A DNA stretch of 64,000 nt from Candidatus Poribacteria bacterium (lineage in GTDB: Bacteria > Poribacteria > WGA-4E > UBA9662), in contig JAYZAL010000064.1 of NCBI GenBank assembly GCA_036339735.1, positions 32,001-96,000 on the forward strand. Reading direction: 5' to 3'. Shown piece after piece: positions 18,573-27,133 of the stretch. A program made the translations under genes and the position numbers. Numbering within the stretch: position 1 is the stretch's first letter; each line of letters starts with the position of its first letter. The notes under the pieces were generated by a model. It did no database searches. It had not been told where the DNA came from and saw only the letters and a program-made list of their open reading frames with translations.

Positions 18573-21500
18573 CTATTTCAATATTACCATCTTTTTTAAA
18601 GATGTTTGGTGATCCGTTTGTAGCTCATAGAAGTAGACTCCACTCGCAACTTGTTCACCATTTGCGTTACGGCCATCCCAATATGCTGCAAATCCTTGGC
18701 TAGAATAATCTCCTGCAGGCATTATTCCCAAGTTCAATTCCTTAACTAAAATACCTGTCGCATCGTAAATCCGAATCGATACATGCGATTGCTGACTGAG
18801 CTTATAGGGTAACCATGTCTCAGGGTTGAACGGGTTTGGATAGTTCTGGGCTAGTTCAGTTTTCTGCGGCTTCTTTAAAGTCTCAATAGTTTGAACCCAT
18901 CCCCCTTCAGGGTGAGAGTAAATGTTACGGCCTCCATCCACCACTACTAAACGTTCTAGTTTAATGTCGCCATAACCTCCAGCTTTGCTGACAAAAGAGA
19001 AACTTGCCAAATCGGAAGTCCCAGAAGCATTACCATTCCTTCCAGCAATCATATTAGCTACCAAAATCCTGTTAAGACCATTTGATTCCTCAAAAGTACG
19101 ACTAATAAAGAATGTCTCGGCATTAGATGAATTACGTTCCAGAATTTGGCCTGCCTCTACCTTTTCGTCCATTAAATGCCACAGATCAGGATCGTAAGTC
19201 AGTTCGAACGCATAACCTTTTATACTGTCAACCTTAGCCATGACTTGAAGACTTATTGTTTCTCCCTCTTGAACAACCTGTGGCAAATTTGGCTTGATCA
19301 ATTGGAAGGTTTGCTCTACGATCGCAGGTGAAGCTGCTGGCGGCGGACCACCATCGCCAGTAGGTGGAACACCCAATCCCCCAAAGTCACTAACAATGAT
19401 GTCGTAGTCCACTAGGTTGATGTTACCATCGTCGTTCAAATCGGCATTATCATTGAATTGCTCATGCCCCTCTTGAGTCCCCCAAGCTTGCATAAACAAG
19501 TTCATGTCCCCTATGTTTATCCTGTTATCACCATCAATATCTCCACCAATTAAGTATTGATCCTGATCTTTCGAGTAAATGTCGATACCACGCAAATTAT
19601 CACCAGGAATCACTACTAAAGTGGAAGTATTAGCTTTGGGTTGGTATTGCCCACGCAAATAGGAATTTGCCTTGGCAACTAGCTCCCAAGTACCTCTTGG
19701 TACCCCTTGAATAGTATATGACCCGTCAGCTTTAGTTGTTACTTGAATCCCAGGTTTAGCTTCATCTTCATCATTTGCAATACTATCAATTTCTAAATCT
19801 TCAGTTGTACCTGGTTTACGCAAAGAGAATGTAACTTCAGCTGAATGATCTCGACGTCCTTCCAATTTAACTTTTCCAAAAATAGCTGCATGAGGCAAAA
19901 TCTGAATAGCTAGAGCCGGCGTATTGGCTATCGGTGAGACATTCTCCCGAGTATCTGTTAAAGGATCAATTATAGCAATTGAAGTCCCTCGATTACTAGC
20001 AGCCTCATCGAAATCAAATGAAACTGTAGTATTGATCGGGCGTGTACCCTCGTGTTCTTTCACCTTAAAAGTTAAGGTTGTCAATGTTCGATAGATACCA
20101 GTCCTAACAGCTTTAGAATTATTTTTAATAACTATACTGTAATCTAACTGAAACCCACTAATACCGTTGGCCATACTATCCTCAATAGTATCATCGTGGG
20201 TGTCGTTTTCTAGAACCTCTTGCTGGTTTTCTTTAGCATCATCTAGATCAAAAATTAACGATGATTTGTCGACCCCATCATCTGAAGAGGACAGTTGGCG
20301 AAATGGTAAAGCCGAATCCTGAATTTCCAGGTACCGGTCATCAAAAGTCATGTAAATGCTTGCCCCTTTGATCTTAACATCCGGACTTCTTAGTTGAACA
20401 CGGACCTGAAACTCTTCGCCTGGTCCTGCCGCAATAGATGCTGGGCGTAAGCGGATATTCACCTTACGAATGGTTACACTACCGGCAGCTTTACTATATG
20501 CTTCATTACCACTACCATCCGTCGCTTTCGCATAAATAAAATAAGAACCGTTTAAACCAAATTCATTCGCAGATTCGAAAGATTCAATATCCCAGGAGTA
20601 AGACCCTAAGCCGGCTGAAGTCTGGTAATTAGTGGTCAAAACACCCGACTGGACTGTATTATCACTCACTTCACCTATGATTATCCTAGCGTCATCCTCC
20701 AATGTATGATAATACAAGTTAATTTTTATATCATTGTTATCGATATCTTCTGTATGCCATGAAACAGTATATTCATCTATCGCACGAGAGCCCTGAAGAA
20801 TCGGTGAAATTAGCTTAATCGTTGGCGGATATTTGACAATTAGCCGCCCCCTACTGCGCAACGCCTTTTCTTTAATTTCTGATTCTTCTTTAGCTTTCGT
20901 TGGGTCTTTATCGCTGATTATGGCATAGATATAGTAGCCAGAAAGGCTTTCTTTCACATTTTGATTACGAAAGTTCCACTTGTACTGGCCTAAATCCTCA
21001 TCTTCATCTTCACTCAAGTTGCCGGCAATAAACTCAGTGTTTTCCCGTAATGTTACCAAATCTAAGGTCGAGAGATTCTTGTCGCTATAATAAAGACTGA
21101 TCCTAGCGTCCCCTAGATTTTTTTTGTCAGTCCACTGAACTATAAAAGAGCCATCTGTAATATCAACATCGTTCTGAGGTGTTAGATTGCTCAGGAAAAC
21201 ATCATGCCTCACCTCAACTTGCCCCGGAGCTCGAACCAGTTCAGAACTTATGTCAGTGTCTTCTATAATGCCGTATATCGTATAGAGTCCTTCCGGAATA
21301 TTACGTGTTTCCCAGATAATATTGGTTTCTTCTGCTCCAACAGTCAATTCCACTGGTATGGAATCCGAAGGATCGATACTTGGTATGGCTGGAACTAAAA
21401 CGCTTGTGTCACTCTCTGTTGCAACACGGGCTTTCAAGCCAGCAATGTCCTCAGGCCCGAAATCGTCTTTTCCAGAATAAAACAACGTAATTTTTGCCTT

Positions 21501-22703
21501 CGGGTTAGGTCCGCTAGCACTGAACCCAACTTGACCTTGATCATCAAAAATCACGGCAGGTACTTTGAATGGCGAGAGTATTTTTAGTACAGGCTTTTCT
21601 GGCAATTTAGTAATAACAGGACCGGACGAACTGAAGTCTTCTGCAGGACCTGCAGGAACAGATTTACTGAAAGTAAAACTCGTTCCCTGCTGAAGAATAA
21701 CGCCGATCGTATCACCTTCCCTAGCCTTACCTTCGGTCTTTGTTAAAGCTGCCAAAAGAAAAGTGTTTTGCGTTGAGCCTTCAGGTTCCGCCCCAAGTAA
21801 TGGTTGATCAAGTTCAAATGACAGGCTTATAAGATCTGTTTTAATTTCCGCAATTGGTGCACCATCGTTTTCATCTAGGACACGCAAAGGTTCAATATCT
21901 TTGTAAAGATAAAGTGTCTCAACCGACTCACGGACGAAAGGTGGAGCCAATTGAAGAGTCATCGACATCATATTTTGGGCTATATCCGACCTGACTTCAA
22001 TTGCAGATAAAGCAACTCTCTTATTAAAGGAAACTGGCTTCCCATCATTGAGAGCCGTTACTATGATTGATTCGATCCCCTTAACCATTGGCCCATCAAT
22101 CCGTCTCTGATCTTCCATCGCGGAAACCCTATCGGCCTCACGAAAGAAAAAAGCATGACTGCTAAGATAAAGAATTACCTGATTACCTCTCGTGGTTTTC
22201 CCGGGATTAAGAACGACGACTAAAAGGAAATTAGTGGTTGTTTCTTCCCCAAGTTTACCTACAGGTAACCCAAGCCCTGCTTTTTGCAAGTTTAGCGGGG
22301 CTCGGCTATTGATATCAAGAACCTCTGAGGTAATCCACTCAGCGCTATCTGGCTTTCCATCTTTGTTGACGTCTTCATACAGTTCGATCTTGGCAATTGA
22401 AGTGTCCTCCACCCCTTTATTCTGTTCTTCCAATTTAAGATTACTTACTTTCAGGAAAAACCATTCATCTTGCCCTCCATCATCTGTAATAGCTATATTT
22501 GCAACTACAGCTTGCAAGTCACCAGGATCAACCAATTCATCCGAAGTAACTGGTTGGACATTGATGTTAGTGACAAGGCCCCAAGACAAATAGGGCGAAC
22601 AGAAAACACCCACAATACAAAGTATTAAACCAGCGTAAATAGAACTATATGTTCGGTAGAGTAAAGAACAGCTAATAGACACTGCTCGGTCAAACTTCCT
22701 CAT
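18573..22703 (-). CDS. 1376-aa secreted scaffold-like protein: Ig-like repeats, cohesin, X/carboxypeptidase-regulatory-like, dockerin, cohesin, T9SS-like/FlgD-Ig C-terminal domain
   Basis: Duplicated Ca-loop GDIDGDNRINIGD / ADLNDDGNINLVD; two cohesin-pattern segments; C-terminal LAQNYPNPFNPETW...WDGRN..GE.VASGVYFY...KMVILK. Confidence 0.8.
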   Translation of the reverse strand: MRKFDRAVSISCSLLYRTYSSIYAGLILCIVGVFCSPYLSWGLVTNINVQPVTSDELVDPGDLQAVVANIAITDDGGQDEWFFLKVSNLKLEEQNKGVEDTSIAKIELYEDVNKDGKPDSAEWITSEVLDINSRAPLNLQKAGLGLPVGKLGEETTTNFLLVVVLNPGKTTRGNQVILYLSSHAFFFREADRVSAMEDQRRIDGPMVKGIESIIVTALNDGKPVSFNKRVALSAIEVRSDIAQNMMSMTLQLAPPFVRESVETLYLYKDIEPLRVLDENDGAPIAEIKTDLISLSFELDQPLLGAEPEGSTQNTFLLAALTKTEGKAREGDTIGVILQQGTSFTFSKSVPAGPAEDFSSSGPVITKLPEKPVLKILSPFKVPAVIFDDQGQVGFSASGPNPKAKITLFYSGKDDFGPEDIAGLKARVATESDTSVLVPAIPSIDPSDSIPVELTVGAEETNIIWETRNIPEGLYTIYGIIEDTDISSELVRAPGQVEVRHDVFLSNLTPQNDVDITDGSFIVQWTDKKNLGDARISLYYSDKNLSTLDLVTLRENTEFIAGNLSEDEDEDLGQYKWNFRNQNVKESLSGYYIYAIISDKDPTKAKEESEIKEKALRSRGRLIVKYPPTIKLISPILQGSRAIDEYTVSWHTEDIDNNDIKINLYYHTLEDDARIIIGEVSDNTVQSGVLTTNYQTSAGLGSYSWDIESFESANEFGLNGSYFIYAKATDGSGNEAYSKAAGSVTIRKVNIRLRPASIAAGPGEEFQVRVQLRSPDVKIKGASIYMTFDDRYLEIQDSALPFRQLSSSDDGVDKSSLIFDLDDAKENQQEVLENDTHDDTIEDSMANGISGFQLDYSIVIKNNSKAVRTGIYRTLTTLTFKVKEHEGTRPINTTVSFDFDEAASNRGTSIAIIDPLTDTRENVSPIANTPALAIQILPHAAIFGKVKLEGRRDHSAEVTFSLRKPGTTEDLEIDSIANDEDEAKPGIQVTTKADGSYTIQGVPRGTWELVAKANSYLRGQYQPKANTSTLVVIPGDNLRGIDIYSKDQDQYLIGGDIDGDNRINIGDMNLFMQAWGTQEGHEQFNDNADLNDDGNINLVDYDIIVSDFGGLGVPPTGDGGPPPAASPAIVEQTFQLIKPNLPQVVQEGETISLQVMAKVDSIKGYAFELTYDPDLWHLMDEKVEAGQILERNSSNAETFFISRTFEESNGLNRILVANMIAGRNGNASGTSDLASFSFVSKAGGYGDIKLERLVVVDGGRNIYSHPEGGWVQTIETLKKPQKTELAQNYPNPFNPETWLPYKLSQQSHVSIRIYDATGILVKELNLGIMPAGDYSSQGFAAYWDGRNANGEQVASGVYFYELQTDHQTSLKKMVILK

Positions 22704-22744
22704 ATCTTCTCTTCTTCCTTGTTATGAAGTTAGACGAACTAAAA

Positions 22745-24184
22745 CTACATAAAATTAAATAGACTTGGTGACATAGTACGCGCACCGGTTTGAAGCATAG
22801 CTGTCAACATGTTAAGTTGTATCTGATACTCAACAACTGCGTCTGAATAATCAACTTGCTCTACAGTTTCAAGAAACTGTTCGAGCGCTAAATTTTTATC
22901 CGACAATCGATTACGTAATGTGTCAGCTCGGTTAAGTTTTCCCCCAACCTGAGTTTGTAAAATTGTTATATGCTCAATAGAACTCTCCATAGCATTCGAA
23001 AGTTCTTCAATAGCACCTTTCCCTTGATTTCTAACAGCGGCTTGCAAGTCGACTAATTGATCAAAAACTCTTTGAAAAGCTACATCCCCGGGCATCCCGA
23101 CTTCGATAAAAGAGCTTTTTCCAACTCGCTCTAAATGAACCCCTTCATCTCCTTGATAACTAATACCGACTATATCCCCGATACCAACACTGGTATGCTT
23201 TATAACCCTTGCATCTAATCCTGCATCGTAAGTGTTCTGCAGAGGCGTTTTCAATAAGACAACAGCTTCATTCTTTGTTAGATCCGTCTGGACAGTCTCA
23301 ACCAAAGCTATTTCCGAAACCCCTCCCATACCTTGCACAACAATTTGATCTCCTGCTTCCAAAGCTCCTTGAACTCTGTCCAATGGAAGGACCACCGCTC
23401 TTCGTTCGGCACTTTTTAACAATGGAACAGCCACTGTGGTATCTTCGCTTTCTATATCGGCTTCCTCACCATCCACTTTAGGTTTTGTCAAAACAGCTGG
23501 TTGATTCGATTCAACTGAGTAATTATTTGATAAATCTGAATTGAATTGTATCACAACGCTGTCGCCTGACGACTGAACCGACGAGACCGTAACATATTCT
23601 TGATTTTCACCCTGTTTCAAAACTAATTCATCCCCTACGGAGAACGAATCGGCATATTCTAAACCAATCTCTACTTTATCATGAGAGACGTTTCTAGCAA
23701 ATTTAAATTCTCTTGTGGCAACTGTAGACTGGCTCCGCTCAGCCGTAAAAGCTGTACCTTCCGTTCTATTACCAGCAAACAGAGGTTTACCCTCAAAAGT
23801 GGTATTCACAGTTTCCAATGTCGATTCTACTAACTGCTTTAATTCTTCTGCATAAAACTTATAATCCGAAGGATGATTAGTATCGGACAGGGCCATCTGC
23901 GCTAAATCACGAGCTCTACCTAAAATACTCTGTACATCCTGATACACCATATTTTCTACGCTAAGCTGAGCTTCTGTGTGATTCACGTTTGAAACGAATT
24001 GCTCGTTCTGGGAAATATGTCCCCTAATATCCAGAATCTTGTTGGCTAAAGCTGGGTCATCTGATGGTTTCTGAATTCTTAAACCGGTGGAGACCCGCAT
24101 TTGAGCCTTCTCTAGGTTTTCCAACGCAGTATTAATCTTTCTTTTTAGATTGTCAGCTTGTCCTGCACTTGTAACACGAGCCAT
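22745..24184 (-). CDS. flgL: flagellar hook-associated protein 3 with large central insertion
   Basis: Flagellin-like N-terminus STGLRIQKPSDDP, LFAG; C-terminus VDYSDAVVE...SPSLFNFM; follows flgK. Confidence 0.9.
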   Translation of the reverse strand: MARVTSAGQADNLKRKINTALENLEKAQMRVSTGLRIQKPSDDPALANKILDIRGHISQNEQFVSNVNHTEAQLSVENMVYQDVQSILGRARDLAQMALSDTNHPSDYKFYAEELKQLVESTLETVNTTFEGKPLFAGNRTEGTAFTAERSQSTVATREFKFARNVSHDKVEIGLEYADSFSVGDELVLKQGENQEYVTVSSVQSSGDSVVIQFNSDLSNNYSVESNQPAVLTKPKVDGEEADIESEDTTVAVPLLKSAERRAVVLPLDRVQGALEAGDQIVVQGMGGVSEIALVETVQTDLTKNEAVVLLKTPLQNTYDAGLDARVIKHTSVGIGDIVGISYQGDEGVHLERVGKSSFIEVGMPGDVAFQRVFDQLVDLQAAVRNQGKGAIEELSNAMESSIEHITILQTQVGGKLNRADTLRNRLSDKNLALEQFLETVEQVDYSDAVVEYQIQLNMLTAMLQTGARTMSPSLFNFM

Positions 24185-24216
24185 TTATTTGCTCCTTCAA
24201 CGGTACGAATATTCTA

Positions 24217-25728
24217 TTATCTTGGTGCCATTCGATTAATAACAGTATCAGTCATTTGGTCAATTGTTGACATCATCCGAGCCGCAGCTTCGAAAATACT
24301 TTGATATTGCATCATGGTAACGAGTTCTTCATCTAAAGAAACTCCAGAAACACTTTGCCACCTAGCCTCAAGTTGATCCCGTACCAGTTGAGTTGTATTA
24401 ACTCGGCGCTCGTTTTCATCTGACAACCCACCCAAAGAAGCGACAGAAGTGTTATAAAAATCTGTAAAATTCAAAGTTCCTTCTTCAAAAAACAAAGTAT
24501 TCTGTAGAGATACCATTTCCAAAGCATTCTCATTCTCTCCCCTAGCTGTTCCTTTTGCCGTAGCAATCAGATTGAGGTTCCCTGCAACTTCTGGTGCCAT
24601 TTTGATGGTAGCTGCAATTCTAGATGGTGGTTGAGTTTCAGGAGGAGCTGTTTCGCCAGTACCATAAGAAACTGTTCCATTAGCATCCGGCAAATTAAAC
24701 TGAAATAGGGACTGACCGTTCGACCCTGTTAACCCACGACCAGACTGATGTACACGATTAATTTGACGAACAAAAGTGTATGCAAAACGGTCTAAGTTTT
24801 TGAGTGTCTGAGGAATTATTTCATCCTGCATCCGTAACAAACCAGCGATTGCACCACCACGGATTGTTACATCTCGGGTTTGACCTGGCTGTTTCAGTAC
24901 GACGTCAACCAATTGCTCTGAGATTGCAGTCGTTGTGTCCATCGCACCATCCAAAGGTTTCTTTGGAATTACTTTCAGTTCATTAACTTCGGTTTCTTGT
25001 ATAAGCGGATTACCATCTAACATCACCATGACGGTACCATTATCTTGCTCTATAACACGAACGTCAACCAATTGAGCTATTTCACCTACTAATTCGTCTC
25101 TCAAATCCAGTAAATTTGCGGCTTCTGTCGGCTCTGCCACACTGGAAATATCTTCATGTATAACTGATAATTGACGCAATAGAGAATTTACACGATCAAC
25201 ACGGATCTTTATATCTTCGGCAAACGTTGGCTGCAATTCTTCTAAGTCTGCATAAAACCCACGCAAATCTCCGGCAACAGCTTGAGCCTTGGTCCTGACC
25301 TCTGCTCTGAAAGCTGAATCAGTAGGATCTTGAGCCAAAGTCTCCCAAGCGTTAAAAAAATCAGAAACGGTACTATTGAAATTATCCTCCGATAAAGAAT
25401 TAAAGATAATCTCAATCTGTTGGATGCCTTTTTGCTCCTCTTCTAACTGATTCAACCTCTGATCAGCATACCTAATCTGAGTTTCAATAAACACATCACG
25501 CTTGCGGTCTAGCCTGGCCAAAGCACTCCCAGTACCAAGATGTATCGTTCTGCCAAGACCAGACAAACCACGGTGCTCTATACTCTCCGTGGTTGAAATA
25601 ATTGGAACCTGACGATGATAAGCCCTATTGCCCGCGTTAGATACGTTTTGCTGATTTGTCTGAATCGCAGCCTGATGCGTTTGCATCGACCGTCGACTCA
25701 TTTCGAGAATACTAAAAAGAGTGGACAT
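24217..25728 (-). CDS. flgK: flagellar hook-associated protein 1
   Basis: NVSNA...YHRQ, NLLDLRDELV, SGVSLDEELVTMMQYQ..F.AAAR. Confidence 0.95.
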   Translation of the reverse strand: MSTLFSILEMSRRSMQTHQAAIQTNQQNVSNAGNRAYHRQVPIISTTESIEHRGLSGLGRTIHLGTGSALARLDRKRDVFIETQIRYADQRLNQLEEEQKGIQQIEIIFNSLSEDNFNSTVSDFFNAWETLAQDPTDSAFRAEVRTKAQAVAGDLRGFYADLEELQPTFAEDIKIRVDRVNSLLRQLSVIHEDISSVAEPTEAANLLDLRDELVGEIAQLVDVRVIEQDNGTVMVMLDGNPLIQETEVNELKVIPKKPLDGAMDTTTAISEQLVDVVLKQPGQTRDVTIRGGAIAGLLRMQDEIIPQTLKNLDRFAYTFVRQINRVHQSGRGLTGSNGQSLFQFNLPDANGTVSYGTGETAPPETQPPSRIAATIKMAPEVAGNLNLIATAKGTARGENENALEMVSLQNTLFFEEGTLNFTDFYNTSVASLGGLSDENERRVNTTQLVRDQLEARWQSVSGVSLDEELVTMMQYQSIFEAAARMMSTIDQMTDTVINRMAPR

Positions 25729-25746
25729 TCTTAATCCTTAAACTAT

Positions 25747-26256
25747 TCAAATCCTATGATCGAACATGCCTTTACCTTGTGGGCTACGGACATGACCATC
25801 ATCTTGATAAGTATCTCCTGGTTCATCAATTCGCATTACTTCATCAACCAGGAAAGACGCGTATTCTTGCTCACTTTCTAATAGACTTTTGTTGGTATCA
25901 TTAATAAACTCGAACTCTCTTTTTACTCGTTCTACACGCTGAAAAAGCTTTTGATAATCCGATTTTAGAGGTTCGTCTGCCAATTTGGTAATCGTTGTCG
26001 CGTTTAGTGATTGATCAACTAAACCTTCTTCCGTCGCCAACTTAGTCAGAAGAACATCACGAGTAATTTCAATCTTTTGGATCTTTTGGATAGTTGATTC
26101 CTCATTCTTAATCAATTCTTCCAATTCTTTAATTTCACGCTTTACTAACAGATCTCGCTCGGCATACAAAATCTTCAAGAGTTCATAGTACTTATCAAGT
26201 TCATAGCGCAACAGTTCAAACAAATCAGAAAGCAATGCTTGCAATATAACTACCAC
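25747..26256 (-). CDS. flgN: FlgN export chaperone
   Basis: 169-aa helical protein directly upstream of flgK; INDTNKSLL, TYQDDG, MFDHRI C-terminus. Confidence 0.8.
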   Translation of the reverse strand: MVVILQALLSDLFELLRYELDKYYELLKILYAERDLLVKREIKELEELIKNEESTIQKIQKIEITRDVLLTKLATEEGLVDQSLNATTITKLADEPLKSDYQKLFQRVERVKREFEFINDTNKSLLESEQEYASFLVDEVMRIDEPGDTYQDDGHVRSPQGKGMFDHRI

Positions 26257-26312
26257 TAAGCCCCAAGATATTCGCTACTTTAGGGTATCGACAGAAAAGC
26301 CAACAACTTTAC

Positions 26313-27098
26313 CTATACAGAAACCCTACCCAGAGTTTCAATTGCTTTTCCCATAATTGTATCATGGGCCTTTATCACTCTTTGATTGGCTTGATAAGCT
26401 CTTGTGACGGTAATCATATCAACCATCTCGGTAACAACACTAACATTAGACATCTCTAACGTTCCTGATTTCATACGAACAGTTCCAACTCGTTCTGGTA
26501 TCGCATTAGGATCTGTCGGAATAAAAAGGCTATTACCCATTTTGGTCAAATCGTATGGCTTAGAAAAATCAACGACTTGTAATCGGTCGACAAATTCGTT
26601 GTTGACCATGATTTCACCCACTTGATTGATATCGACCTGACTGCCAGTTATTTTAATTGGCCCATTTTCTCCCAATACTGGATGCCCATCAGCAGTTACT
26701 AACCGATATTCAGTATCAACTACAAAGTTTCCATTTCGCGTGTAACGTTCACCTGATGGTGTTTGAACGACAAAAAAACCTTGATTAAAAAGCGCCAGAT
26801 CAAGAGTATTGCCTGTCTCTTGGTAACTACCCGATGTCGACAGATCATGAGCCGTAACATCCGGGTTAACCCCCAAACCAATCCGACCAGCGACAGGTCG
26901 AGGGTCGACTTCGAAACCACCACTTATGGCCTTGGGATCGTGGATCCGCTTTAGCAACAAGCTTGGAAATGCCTTAGAAACAGAGATGTCTCGCTTATAA
27001 CCTGCAGTATTGACGTTTGCTAAGTTATTTGCAATCACCTCTTGCCTCTTCAACTCATTGAGCATTCCTGTTGTGGCAATGTACAAACCTCGTGTCAT
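26313..27098 (-). CDS. flgF: flagellar basal-body rod protein FlgF/FlhO (FlgG family)
   Basis: GLYIATTGM, ANNLANVNTAGYK, TGN.LDLAL, YTRNGNF, LEMSNV.VV.EM. Confidence 0.88.
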   Translation of the reverse strand: MTRGLYIATTGMLNELKRQEVIANNLANVNTAGYKRDISVSKAFPSLLLKRIHDPKAISGGFEVDPRPVAGRIGLGVNPDVTAHDLSTSGSYQETGNTLDLALFNQGFFVVQTPSGERYTRNGNFVVDTEYRLVTADGHPVLGENGPIKITGSQVDINQVGEIMVNNEFVDRLQVVDFSKPYDLTKMGNSLFIPTDPNAIPERVGTVRMKSGTLEMSNVSVVTEMVDMITVTRAYQANQRVIKAHDTIMGKAIETLGRVSV

Positions 27099-27133
27099 GA
27101 AACTTTCCCCTATCTTAGATACCTAAAGATCTA

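Noticed and set aside
15582-22703. Cellulosome interpretation of the cohesin/dockerin genes
   Set aside because: No dockerin-bearing glycoside hydrolase or recognisable CBM is present; the GH32 gene has no dockerin.
22745-24184. Flagellin (fliC) call for this ORF
   Set aside because: Position after flgK and the C-terminal SLFNFM ending fit FlgL; the typical flagellin C-terminal motif is absent.
10076-24184. Prophage/contractile tail interpretation of the phage-like repeat domains
   Set aside because: No sheath core, tube, baseplate, terminase or integrase genes; the repeats lie inside FlgL and a signal-peptide protein.
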